Below, piece after piece: positions 37,001 to 46,076 of a DNA stretch of 64,000 nucleotides. Made by a program: the position numbers and the translations under genes. The first letter of the stretch is position 1; each line of letters begins with the position of its first letter. The stretch covers positions 10,302-74,301 of the forward strand of contig DASUSN010000216.1 in assembly GCA_036375075.1 (NCBI GenBank), read 5' to 3'. Below the pieces are notes generated by a model. It was not told the origin of the DNA and did no database searches. It worked only from the letters and a program-made list of their open reading frames with translations. The DNA comes from Thermoanaerobaculia bacterium. Its GTDB lineage: Bacteria > Acidobacteriota > Thermoanaerobaculia > Gp7-AA8.

Positions 37001-37027
37001 GTGCGGAGGGCAGTCGATCGCCTCCGC
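37001..37027. repeat. REP-like palindromic element GTGCGGAGG-(n)-CCTCCGC (family also at 46006-46068, 46099-46119 and 46272-46290)
   Basis: gtgcggagggcagtcgatcgcctccgc. Copies at 37001-37019 and 46099-46119 share GTGCGGAGG[AG]GCAGTCGATC (19 of 21 positions), same orientation. Confidence 0.5.
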
Positions 37028-37172
37028 TTTTGTAGTTACACGGTCGCGCGACCGGCGCTGCGCGCACGTCGGCTCACGCCCTCGCATAGATCCGAATGGC
37101 ACCCAGTAGCGGGCATGGCGCTCCTATCAGCATGGGTTGTGCTTATCCTGTCAAACAGCGAGCCGCCGGTGC

Positions 37173-39419
37173 TCAGCCGGTTCCGACCGGGGCCGTGCTC
37201 ACGAGTGACTGCGTTCCTGAGGCATCTGGCTGCACAACCACTGGTTGTACGACCATGGGTTGCACGACGATTGGCTGTGCGACGACTGGCTGCGCCACCA
37301 CCGGATGCGCGATGACTGGCCGCACGACGACCGGGCGCACGACGACCGGCTGCGGCGTAGCCGGTAGAGGGGCAGGTGGCGGAGGCGCAGCCGGTGGCGG
37401 CGCGGGTGACTCGACCGCACTTTTCGCTTTCGCGAGCAGGTTCTCGAACTCCTTCGGCTTCCAACGACGCAGGCTCGTCAGGGTCGAATCGGTTGCTGCC
37501 ACTTGGTAAGCGGCGGGCTGAAGATGCAGTGCGAGTTCGAGGTGCTGCCAGCCGAGAGTGAGATAAAGAGTCCTGTCCACCGGTATCGTAGTTTTCGCCG
37601 CGAGGACGCCGAAGGTGGAGGCGACATTGAATTGCGTGTCCGCGTTCGGACCGTGTCTGTAGCCCAACAGGGCCAGATATGCGTCGTGGGGGCCGATTGT
37701 CCCGACTTCCGCGGCGATGCCGATCCTCATCACGTCGACCGGTGGCCGGGCATACGAAATGTACGTCTTGATGCGTCTGCAGTCCGCCTCGGTGCGGTGG
37801 ATCGCGCCGGCATCCGCCTTTTCCATTGCCTTGAGCAGAGTGTCGGCTTCGGCGAGTGCTTTCCCGATGTCGCCGCGTTGATAGTGGATGTACGCCAGCC
37901 GGTAGGAAGCAGCGAAGAGGACCGGGGCGGCTGGTCCATCACTGTGCGGCATGCGGTTCTTGGCGACCTCGAACTGCTCGATGGCAGGGCCTAGAAGCTG
38001 CGCGTCGTGTAGCATCGCTCCAAAATTTGCGCGTGCCGCCGCGTGCTCCGGGTCATTCAGCAGCGCGCCGACAAGCAACTCCTGCGCACGCTTGTTATCT
38101 GAGCCCATCACCGATTCGGCGGCCTTGTTCATCGCATCGCTCACCCAGCTGGCCGTTCCGGTCATTGCCCGAATCCGGACCGGGTGGCGAATCTCGAGCT
38201 GCAGCAACTGGTACAGCAACCAGACCGCCGCCGAATCGAGGAGGTCCAAGTATGGTGCCGTATCGGCGGGTGCGGGTGCAATCGTCAGATCCAGTGGCTC
38301 GGGCGCCTTCTTCGGCGCCTCGGGCGGCTTCGTGCCGAAGTCGCGCTGCCAGAGCGTGGTCGTGCTCGCGACTTTGTTCCGTTCGCTCAGTACGAGCGTC
38401 AGGCCCGCTCCTTTTTCATCGATCGCCGGATGGGTACAGCCGGTGAGGATGAGCGTCCGGCGCCAGTAGATTAGCGACAGCAGTGACAGCAGGCCTTTTA
38501 GCCAGCCGAATACTGAGGGGATCGCTGAGGTGATCGCAGCCGGGACCTCGAAGCTCGTGAGCGTGGCCGACGGGAACTGCACGTTCGAAGGCTGCAGTCG
38601 CGTCAGCGCAACGAGTTGTTGCTGCAGATACAGCGACGCGCCCGCCCCAGGAAATGCAGTATCACCCGTCAGATTCTCCACGCGCAGGTGCGGGTAGAGC
38701 ACGAAATGTCGCAGCAACAGCGGGGCGAGCAACGCGACCAAAATAAGCACGAGCGCTGTGTTGACCGGGTGGAGCACAATGACGTTCAGCCAGCGTGGCA
38801 ACGTGAGGTAACTCAGCTCCGCCGGAATCTCTTTCACCGGCGGCTTCTTCGCGGCCTCGGTCAGCTGCGTCAGCGCCTCGCCGTGCATCCCGGCGCGTGA
38901 GAGACCCAATGCAGGCGCGAACGGGTCGACCAGCGGGCGAAGCTCCACGGGGATCTCCCGAGCCGGATATTTTTTTGCGGTCGCTTGCAGCGCCTGAAGG
39001 GCTTGGTCGTACAGCTTCAGCCTGTACAGAACAAGCGCCTCAGCAAATGGGTCGGCAGGTTTCACTGCCGCCGCAGACGCCGTCGTTGGTAAAGCCTGCG
39101 GATCAAGCGCGAGCGCCGCCAGCTTCTCAGCTTGCGCGCGTTGCTTGTCGACGCTCCCAAAATTCTTTGCGAGCTCGAGGTGGCGTGCAATGTCCGCGCG
39201 CGTGGTGGCGATTTTCTCGATGCCCTCCCGTGAGCACGGCTCGGCCGGATCGATCTTCAGCCGTGCGGCATACGCCTGCTCCGCATCGGCGTAGCGCCTC
39301 GCCTTCAGCAGGTCATCGGCAGCGGCGCATGGATTGGCGCGCACCGCAACAGGCAGCAGCAAGAGTACGGCGATGACGACAGGTTTTGCTATCGAACGCA
39401 CGGGCCACCTCGGTTGCAC
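37173..39419 (-). CDS. Large signal-peptide-bearing membrane protein with TPR-like segments and C-terminal Pro-Val pentapeptide (PVVxQ) tandem repeats; low-GC island gene
   Basis: 748 aa. N-terminal signal peptide MQPRWPVRSIAKPVVIAVLLLLPVAVRA, internal TM helices (NVIVLHPVNTALVLILVALLAPLLL; VFGWLKGLLSLLSLIYW), TPR-like blocks, C-terminal PQPVVVRPVVVRPVIAHPVVAQPVVAQPIVVQPMVVQPVVVQP (15-bp DNA tandem repeats at 37200-37330). GC visibly lower than flanks. Confidence 0.55.
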   Translation of the reverse strand: MQPRWPVRSIAKPVVIAVLLLLPVAVRANPCAAADDLLKARRYADAEQAYAARLKIDPAEPCSREGIEKIATTRADIARHLELAKNFGSVDKQRAQAEKLAALALDPQALPTTASAAAVKPADPFAEALVLYRLKLYDQALQALQATAKKYPAREIPVELRPLVDPFAPALGLSRAGMHGEALTQLTEAAKKPPVKEIPAELSYLTLPRWLNVIVLHPVNTALVLILVALLAPLLLRHFVLYPHLRVENLTGDTAFPGAGASLYLQQQLVALTRLQPSNVQFPSATLTSFEVPAAITSAIPSVFGWLKGLLSLLSLIYWRRTLILTGCTHPAIDEKGAGLTLVLSERNKVASTTTLWQRDFGTKPPEAPKKAPEPLDLTIAPAPADTAPYLDLLDSAAVWLLYQLLQLEIRHPVRIRAMTGTASWVSDAMNKAAESVMGSDNKRAQELLVGALLNDPEHAAARANFGAMLHDAQLLGPAIEQFEVAKNRMPHSDGPAAPVLFAASYRLAYIHYQRGDIGKALAEADTLLKAMEKADAGAIHRTEADCRRIKTYISYARPPVDVMRIGIAAEVGTIGPHDAYLALLGYRHGPNADTQFNVASTFGVLAAKTTIPVDRTLYLTLGWQHLELALHLQPAAYQVAATDSTLTSLRRWKPKEFENLLAKAKSAVESPAPPPAAPPPPAPLPATPQPVVVRPVVVRPVIAHPVVAQPVVAQPIVVQPMVVQPVVVQPDASGTQSLVSTAPVGTG

Positions 39420-39874
39420 GGATTGTTTCCGGCATTATGCAATAGGAGGGACCGCGGCGCGAACTTCCCGGCCGTAAGGCAAATACTCTGCTTTTTACGC
39501 AACGGGGCCCTCAACGCCGCATAGCAGCCTGGCCTCGCGCCTGCGACGTGCGTACCTCTCCGGGAGAGATGACTGGGCATTTCATCGCACGCGCCGCGTT
39601 GCGCGCCGCTGCATGTGCGAACGCCCGCGTGGCGGAAGCGGGTTGGTCAGGTGCCCGTCCGTTCGGGATGGCGTCGGCAACTAATGCGGTCAGGACGACC
39701 GCGCGGCCGCATCGTTCAAGAGGTCTTCCAACTCGTTCTTTCGGCGTCGCTGAACACGCGTGGTGAGGGTTCCGGCCGCTCACGCATGATGGTGGGGTGC
39801 GCCTCGCTCGCCTGTAGCACGGTGCATTTGGCGGCCGGAGCGTATTCCGCCCTGCAGGGCCTGCCCGACGCAAA

Positions 39875-41359
39875 GTGACGCGGCCGAACAACTCGCAGCA
39901 GAACAAGGATGCGGTTGATGCCGTCTACACGGCATCAGCGACACCACCCGACTACATCATGATCCTCGGCTCGATCGACATCGTTCCGCACCAGGATCTG
40001 CTCAACCCTCTCTTCGGCGGTGACGACGACGACGAGCACGCCTGGGGCGATCTGCCGTATGCCTGCGATGCGCCGTACAGCCAGAACATCAGCGACTTCA
40101 CTAAGCCGACGCGCGTAATCGGCCGCTTGCCGGACATTCAGGCGATGAAGAACACCGCTTATTTCGTGAAGTTGCTTGACAATGCCGCGAAATGGGTCTC
40201 GCTCGCACCGTCGAGCTATGACGATTACTTCGCCGTTTCTGCATTAACGTGGCAGAAGTCAACGAAGCTCAGCGTCAAGAAGACCTTCGGCTCGAACGAG
40301 AAGGTGTTCGTCTCGCCGACGGCCGGACCTCCGTGGAACGCACCGGACCTCGCGCCGCTTGCGCATTTCATCAACTGTCACGGCAACTCCGGACGGTCTG
40401 CGTTTTACGGCGAAGATCCGAACGCCACGGGCGAAGCGAAATACCCCATCGCCCATCAGACAATTCACGTACGCAACTTTATCGAACCCGGAACCGTGGC
40501 CGCGGTCGAGTGCTGCTTCGGTGCCGAACTCTACAAACCGCACGCGGACATCGACCCGGAACACGGGATTTGCCAAGAGTACCTGTACGACGACGCTTAC
40601 GGCTTCTTCGGCGCCACGACCATCGCGTATGGTCCCGCGGTCGGCCATGGTGCGGCGGACATTATCTGCGCCGCCTTCCTCAAGCACGTCCGTGCCGGCG
40701 ACTCGCTCGGCCTAGCGGCATTGGCGGCTCGTCAGGATTTCATCAAAGCCTGCGATGTAATGGATCCGATCGACCTGAAAACCCTCGGCCAGTTCAATCT
40801 CCTCGGCGATCCGTCGATCCATCCCGTTCATGCGGCTGCGAAAGCAACGGGCAAGACGCTCGCGGCGGCAAAGAAGTCTCCCGAGGCGCTTAACACCGCG
40901 CGTGCAGAACAGCCGGCGCTCGATGACGGTTATCGTCAACGGCGCGAGGATCTGCGGGCGAGCGCGGCCCGTGTCGCGGGGAAGGTGTCGATGGCGTCGA
41001 CACACGTACCCGATCCGCTGATGGACTCACGTGCCCGCGCCGCTGCACAGGCGGCCGGTATCACGCCGTCGGATGTGAAGACGTTCGAGTTGCAGAGGCC
41101 GACCAACGCGCCGAGAAGGAAGGCTATGGCCGGTATGAAGGCCGTCATGGCGCCCCCGGCCCCTGCGAGGATCTGCGTCGTCACCGGCCGGACTTCGGAT
41201 CAACAGCCTCCGGCAGCACATCAAGTCCCGGCGAAAGGCAAAGGTGTGACAAAAGGGAAGGACGGTGGGCATCCCGGACCGTCACCCTTCGTCGTGGCGG
41301 TCATGAAAGAGAGGCTCGACGGCAGCATGACCATGGTCCGGAAGGTGTTCAGCAAGTAA
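39875..41359 (+). CDS. Gingipain-like (peptidase C25 / clan CD) cysteine peptidase without signal peptide; low-GC island gene
   Basis: Same landmark order as the secreted C25 at 13193..16186: PDYIMIL (catalytic-domain start), VIGRLP, His-Gly dyad context FINCHGNSG, Cys context AVECCFG 45 aa later, and LLGDPSI. No N-terminal signal peptide; GTG 39875 or ATG 39958 are possible starts. Confidence 0.6.
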   Translation: MTRPNNSQQNKDAVDAVYTASATPPDYIMILGSIDIVPHQDLLNPLFGGDDDDEHAWGDLPYACDAPYSQNISDFTKPTRVIGRLPDIQAMKNTAYFVKLLDNAAKWVSLAPSSYDDYFAVSALTWQKSTKLSVKKTFGSNEKVFVSPTAGPPWNAPDLAPLAHFINCHGNSGRSAFYGEDPNATGEAKYPIAHQTIHVRNFIEPGTVAAVECCFGAELYKPHADIDPEHGICQEYLYDDAYGFFGATTIAYGPAVGHGAADIICAAFLKHVRAGDSLGLAALAARQDFIKACDVMDPIDLKTLGQFNLLGDPSIHPVHAAAKATGKTLAAAKKSPEALNTARAEQPALDDGYRQRREDLRASAARVAGKVSMASTHVPDPLMDSRARAAAQAAGITPSDVKTFELQRPTNAPRRKAMAGMKAVMAPPAPARICVVTGRTSDQQPPAAHQVPAKGKGVTKGKDGGHPGPSPFVVAVMKERLDGSMTMVRKVFSK

Positions 41360-41369
41360 TATTGCGGCG

Positions 41370-41600
41370 ATGCGTGTTCGCGGGACCGTTGTCCACCGGC
41401 TCTTCGGCAAGAACTCGAAGAGCGAGCACACGGCGGTCTATCTCGAGACGCCATCGGGCGACTCATACCGCCTCCAACGTAGCGGCGGGAACCCGTTTTT
41501 CGACGAAACACTCGAGTTGCTCGTGGGTAAGACAATTGAGGGAAGCGGCACGTTGCGTGGGAAAAGCCTTTATCTCGGGAGTTGGAAAGAACTCAAGTAA
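41370..41600 (+). CDS. Small hypothetical protein (76 aa) immediately downstream of the C25-like peptidase; low-GC island gene
   Basis: MRVRGTVVHRLFGKNSKSEHTAVYLETPSGDSYRLQRSGGNPFFDETLELLVGKTIEGSGTLRGKSLYLGSWKELK. 10-nt gap after the peptidase stop, same strand, same low-GC composition. Confidence 0.4.
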   Translation: MRVRGTVVHRLFGKNSKSEHTAVYLETPSGDSYRLQRSGGNPFFDETLELLVGKTIEGSGTLRGKSLYLGSWKELK

Positions 41601-41679
41601 CGTAGAGCCGACCGGTTTCGCGGCCGGCTTCCCAACACCAAGGCTCTAGCAAGCGAGTCGGCAGCGGCGAGATCGACGC

Positions 41680-41946
41680 CTACGTGGTCGTGGTCGGGGG
41701 GGTGTCCGCCATGGTGGTCGTGCTCGTGTCCGTCGGCGACATCTGCTCGTAGGGGCCGGCCGTGCCTTCCACGCCGGTGGATGGCTGCGGCGGCACCTGG
41801 CCGGACGCGGCGCCGGACGGCGTTTCCGTCTGCGACGACGGCGGGTTGGTCACGTCGGGCGGCGCGTTCTGGTAGTCGCGGGGCACGGGCTCGCCGCGGC
41901 AGGCGGCCAGGGCCACGAGCATCGCGACTACAATCATCCTTCGCAT
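41680..41946 (-). CDS. Small lipoprotein with Thr/Pro-rich tail
   Basis: MRRMIVVAMLVALAAC (lipobox) ... TDTSTTTMADTPPTTTT. Start codon overlaps the divergent start at 41945. Confidence 0.45.
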   Translation of the reverse strand: MRRMIVVAMLVALAACRGEPVPRDYQNAPPDVTNPPSSQTETPSGAASGQVPPQPSTGVEGTAGPYEQMSPTDTSTTTMADTPPTTTT

Positions 41947-42796
41947 GACAAGGATGAGCTTCAACGCACGTGCCACCGCGCTTCTGCTGCTGCTCGCCAT
42001 GCCCGTCTTCGCACAGGTCGCGGAGGGCGACCGTCACTACGCCGCCCGCGCGGAAGGCGCGTCCGGGGCGCGCGCGAAAGCCGAGCACATCGACGCCGCG
42101 ATCGCCGCCTATCAGAAGGCGATCGCGGCCAATCCGAACGACATCGAGGCGCACTGGAAGCTCCTCCGCTCCTACCGTTACAAGGGTGCGTACGTCGCCG
42201 CGAACGCCGAGCAGAAGAAGCAGATCTACGGGATGGCAAAGACCGCGGGCGAGAAGGCCCTCGCGGTCGTGAACGCCCGCCTCGGCACGAATGCGAAGTC
42301 GAGCGAGCAGCAGGTGGCCGAGGCCGCGAAGAGGGTCCCGGGCGCCGGCGAGGTCTTCTTCTGGGACTCGGTGAACTGGGGGGAGTGGGCGCTCGCGTAC
42401 GGGAAGATGGCCGCGGCCCGGCAGGGCGCGGCGGACCGCATCAAGCGCGGCGCGACGATCGCCCTGCTCGTCGACCCGCGCATGGAGCTGGGCTCGCCGG
42501 CCCGCGTCCTCGGCCGCCTGCACGACCAGACCCCGCGCATCCCGTTCGTGACCGGCTGGGCCTCGTCGAAGGAAGCGGTGCGGTTCCTGAACGAATCGCT
42601 GAAGATCGACCCGACGAACAAGCTCACGCTCGTGTTCCTGGCCGAGGCGATGGTGGCGGCGGATTCGTCGAAGAAAACCCAGGCGCTGCAGATGCTGCGC
42701 TCGGCCGTCAACACGCCCGTCCATCCCGACTACCCCGTCGAAGACGCCGCGTCGATCGAGGACGCGAAGGCGCTGCTCAGGAAATGGGGCAGTTGA
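41945..42796 (+). CDS. Secreted TPR-like repeat protein
   Basis: Signal peptide MTRMSFNARATALLLLLAMPVFAQV; helical repeat blocks (AIAAYQKAIAANPNDIEAHWKLLRSY...). Confidence 0.5.
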   Translation: MTRMSFNARATALLLLLAMPVFAQVAEGDRHYAARAEGASGARAKAEHIDAAIAAYQKAIAANPNDIEAHWKLLRSYRYKGAYVAANAEQKKQIYGMAKTAGEKALAVVNARLGTNAKSSEQQVAEAAKRVPGAGEVFFWDSVNWGEWALAYGKMAAARQGAADRIKRGATIALLVDPRMELGSPARVLGRLHDQTPRIPFVTGWASSKEAVRFLNESLKIDPTNKLTLVFLAEAMVAADSSKKTQALQMLRSAVNTPVHPDYPVEDAASIEDAKALLRKWGS

Positions 42797-42805
42797 GCCG
42801 GCGGC

Positions 42806-45800
42806 TCACTGCTGCTCCGCGGGAATCGCGGCGATGAACTCGGAGTCGCCGCTCGGCTCGACCACCGTCGCGAAGCCGACGCCCGTGCCCGCGATCACCG
42901 TGATGCGCACCGTGGTCGTCTCGTCCAGCTTCACGCCCAGCGCCGCCTCGAGGTCGTTGACCAGCCACACCTGATCCTCGGGCACGCCCTGCTCGACGCT
43001 CCCGCCGATCGGCTGCCCCGTGCGCGTGCGCACCGAGAAGCGGAACGTCGCCGGGATGGTGCCGATGTTCACGACGCCGGCGTTCACGCGCCGCCCCGCG
43101 ACTGTGGACGCGGGGATGCCGACGAGCGCCAGCTCCGCGCTCTGCGTGGACGCGGTCGCCGAGTCGAGCTTCGTGAGCGGCGCTTCGAGCGAGGCGCTCG
43201 CGCTGTGCGCGACGTCGGACGTCTTCATCACCGCGACCGGCGCGCGCCCCTCCCGGTGCTCGAGCCATAGCGTGCCGACGGTACCCGGCCGCGCGAACAG
43301 GCTGCGCACGACGTCCGGCCAGCGCAGCGTCTGCCGCGGCGCCAGCGTCAGCCGCCGGTCGATGCCGGTGTTGCCCGTGACGTACCGCAGCGTCACGCGC
43401 ATGGGATCGCGATAGGGGTTGTGAATCGTCAGGTCCGACTGCCAGTACGAGTCGCCCACGCCGCCGATGCTGCCGACGGCGGGAAAGACCATCCGCGCCA
43501 GGCCGGTGGCCACGAGCTCCTTCTTGTCCGGCAGCCGGATCAGGCCGAGGTAATCAGCGACGGCGCGCGGCTTCGCGTCGGTTCGGCGCGTCCACAGCTC
43601 CACGCCGCGCACGGAGCGATGGAAGCCGTACATGTCGTCGATGTACGCCGACACGGCCTGCGCGCGCAGGTCGTTGGTCACGCCGTCGAACATGTCGAAC
43701 AGCTCCGGCGAGCGGCGGAGGATCACCTTCGGCTTCGTCCGCTCCAGCGCGGCGATCGTCTCCGCCTGGAAGTCGCGGGGCGAGAGGATCGGCACCTGAT
43801 AGAAGCGCGTCGGGTTCGGGCGGTCGGCGAAGAAGTAGAACGCGGGCTGGTTCGAGAAGTCGAAGATCGGCTCGTTCGTCTTCGTCAGGTCCCGGACGTT
43901 CGCCACCACGTCCGTGATCCGCCACTGGACCGCCTCGGCGTTCGGATCGCGATCGACCCGCAGCACGCGGCCGTAGTAGCGCGTGAAGTCGTGCAGCCGG
44001 GCGTTGACCAGGTCGGGGATCCAGAACAGCACGCCGACCACCGGCACGGCCATCACGGCCAGCGCCGTTACGAATGCGCGCGTGCCCTGTCCGCCGGTCC
44101 GCCACACGCCGCGGAGCGTCCGCACCAGGATCACCGCGAGCAGCACGATCAGCGGCCCGATGAGGAACGCCGCGAAGTACTGGTGGCGGAACGACGCCCG
44201 GCCGAACGCCGTCCTCTGGGCGACCGTGGCGAACACGGTGAGCACGAGCAACGCGAAATCGAGGGCGTCCACACGCCGCCGGAGCCAGCGGACGATGAAG
44301 TACACGGCGGCGATGGCAATCACCAGCGGGCTGAGGACGAGATGGAACTTCTCCCACAGCACGAAGTCCGCGAGGGTGTGCAGCGTGAGGTCTTTGCGGA
44401 AGGTGGAGACGAGGTCCGGGAACGGCAGCGACCACACCGCGTCGATGATCCGCGGGATGGTCACGAACGACGTCACCGCGAAGTCGTCGAGCGCGCCGTG
44501 CATGGCCAGATACGCCGCAAACGGTGCGGCGCCGATCAGGACGCCGAGGAGGAAGAAGAGCGCCCCCTGCGCGGGCGCGAGCCCGTCCCATGCGACCCGC
44601 TTCGACGCGATCCACACCAGCAGTGACGCCGCCAGCGCGCCGGCGACCGAGTACGCGCCGATCTCGTACGAGAAGAAGAGCGCCGCGCCGCTGAAGATCC
44701 CGGCGAAGACGGCGGAGACCCGGCTGCGCCGCCGCAGCGCGTTCCAGAACAGCGCCACCGCCGCGACCTGGAAGAACGTGCGGTTGTTCTCCGCCGTCGT
44801 CCACGACCCCATGGCCACGCACAACAGCGCGAGCGGAATCGACTCGAAAACGGCCAGGCCGAGGAACCAGATCGCGACGCCGAGGAAGGCGCCGACGATC
44901 ACCGTGCGGGCCACGGCCACGTCGAGCGAGCGGCCGAAGATCTCCATCAGCCACGCGTCGAGCTGGCCGTCTTCCAGCATACCGTGCAGCGCGAACACGT
45001 CCCGGAACGGCACCTTGCCGCGCAGGTAGTCCGACGCCGGCCCGATCGACTCGCCGCGGTGGAAGAGGTCGATCCACTGCGACAACTGCGCGGTCGACGC
45101 GTAGCTGAAGAGGTAGATCAGCGCCGGGATGATCAGGTACGCCGCGAGCCGCCAGGCGCTCCGCGGCTTCATCGGACGGACGACGAGCGCGAGCGCCGCG
45201 CAGACGAGCAGCGTGATGGCCATGACCGGCCGCGCGGGCTTCAGGGGAATCCACACGGCCGCCAGGAACGGCAGCAGGACGATCGGCAGTGCCGCCACGG
45301 TCACGCGCTTGAACGTGTCCTCGGCGTCGCGTCCGAAGCTCAGCTCGGCCAGCTTCGCGATGAGCAGTGTCGCGGCCCAGAAGAGGGCCACGAACATCGC
45401 CACGAAGACGACTTCCAGAAAGAGCGTCGGGATGTGCGCGATGCGCCTGGCCGTGACCAGGTAGCGGAAGAACAGCCACGCCAGCGCCTCGGTGAACAGC
45501 AGCGCGTGATAGGGGCGGAGCTCCTCGCGGAACATCCGCCGGAGCCACAAGCGCGTCCGCGCGAAGCGCAGCAGCGCCGGCCCGCCGAACGAGATGGCGA
45601 GGGGGATGCCGAGGATCCAGCCCACCTTGCCGGTGGTCAGGTAAAAGAGCGGCGAGAAAAAGTACGGGACCGTCGCCAGCGGATGCGGGCGCCTGCGCAG
45701 CAACCGCTGCAGCCACACGGTGAGCGGCGGGACGAGCAGGAAGAACAGCGCCGCGCCGAGGTAGTCGCGGAGCTTGGAGTAGCGCTCGATCGTGACCAGG

Positions 45801-45943
45801 CCGATCGCCACGGGATCGGTGGGCGGGAGGTTGCGGAAGAGGAGCGTGATCGACAGGAAGACGCCCGCGGCGAGGCAGAAAGCGGCGATCCAGACGAAGG
45901 CGGCCGCGATGCGGTCGTAGAGTTTCAGTCGGTCGCGTTCCAC
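42806..45943 (-). CDS. Large polytopic membrane protein (about 1045 aa) with C-terminal extracytoplasmic beta-rich region; function unknown
   Basis: More than 15 hydrophobic helices after a likely GTG start near 45943 (VERDRLKLYDRIAAAFVWIAAFCLAAGVFL). The first about 110 codons of ORF ..46282 overlap the REP-like repeats and the methyltransferase 3' end and are probably not translated. Confidence 0.5.
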   Translation of the reverse strand: MERDRLKLYDRIAAAFVWIAAFCLAAGVFLSITLLFRNLPPTDPVAIGLVTIERYSKLRDYLGAALFFLLVPPLTVWLQRLLRRRPHPLATVPYFFSPLFYLTTGKVGWILGIPLAISFGGPALLRFARTRLWLRRMFREELRPYHALLFTEALAWLFFRYLVTARRIAHIPTLFLEVVFVAMFVALFWAATLLIAKLAELSFGRDAEDTFKRVTVAALPIVLLPFLAAVWIPLKPARPVMAITLLVCAALALVVRPMKPRSAWRLAAYLIIPALIYLFSYASTAQLSQWIDLFHRGESIGPASDYLRGKVPFRDVFALHGMLEDGQLDAWLMEIFGRSLDVAVARTVIVGAFLGVAIWFLGLAVFESIPLALLCVAMGSWTTAENNRTFFQVAAVALFWNALRRRSRVSAVFAGIFSGAALFFSYEIGAYSVAGALAASLLVWIASKRVAWDGLAPAQGALFFLLGVLIGAAPFAAYLAMHGALDDFAVTSFVTIPRIIDAVWSLPFPDLVSTFRKDLTLHTLADFVLWEKFHLVLSPLVIAIAAVYFIVRWLRRRVDALDFALLVLTVFATVAQRTAFGRASFRHQYFAAFLIGPLIVLLAVILVRTLRGVWRTGGQGTRAFVTALAVMAVPVVGVLFWIPDLVNARLHDFTRYYGRVLRVDRDPNAEAVQWRITDVVANVRDLTKTNEPIFDFSNQPAFYFFADRPNPTRFYQVPILSPRDFQAETIAALERTKPKVILRRSPELFDMFDGVTNDLRAQAVSAYIDDMYGFHRSVRGVELWTRRTDAKPRAVADYLGLIRLPDKKELVATGLARMVFPAVGSIGGVGDSYWQSDLTIHNPYRDPMRVTLRYVTGNTGIDRRLTLAPRQTLRWPDVVRSLFARPGTVGTLWLEHREGRAPVAVMKTSDVAHSASASLEAPLTKLDSATASTQSAELALVGIPASTVAGRRVNAGVVNIGTIPATFRFSVRTRTGQPIGGSVEQGVPEDQVWLVNDLEAALGVKLDETTTVRITVIAGTGVGFATVVEPSGDSEFIAAIPAEQQ

Positions 45944-46005
45944 TCGGTGGCGAATATAGCAGGCGGCCCATCCGGAGACGCGGAGATGCCTGAGCGTTCC
46001 GCCAT

Positions 46006-46068
46006 TTGGAGTGCGGAGGCAGGCAGCCGCCTCCGCTTTCCTATTCGGAGCCTCCGCACTCCACAAGG
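46006..46068. repeat. REP-like nested palindrome TTGGAGTGCGGAGGC..GCCTCCGC..GGAGCCTCCGCACTCCA (same family as 37001-37027)
   Basis: atttggagtgcggaggcaggcagccgcctccgctttcctattcggagcctccgcactccacaag; partial copies at 46099-46119 and 46272-46290. Confidence 0.5.
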
Positions 46069-46076
46069 TCGCCCGA

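Noticed and set aside
36973-37172. tRNA-like segment (cggttccgaccgg) and other short intergenic stretches checked for tRNA/ncRNA
   Set aside because: No cloverleaf-compatible arrangement (no GTTCRANNC T-loop with matching acceptor stem) was found by eye in any intergenic gap. No rRNA-like sequence was seen either. A proper tRNAscan/Infernal run was not possible.
37096-37509. 137-aa (+) ORF with TTTGCTTMGCTT repeats
   Set aside because: Antisense translation of the 15-bp PVVxQ-encoding tandem repeats at the 3' end of the 748-aa protein gene.
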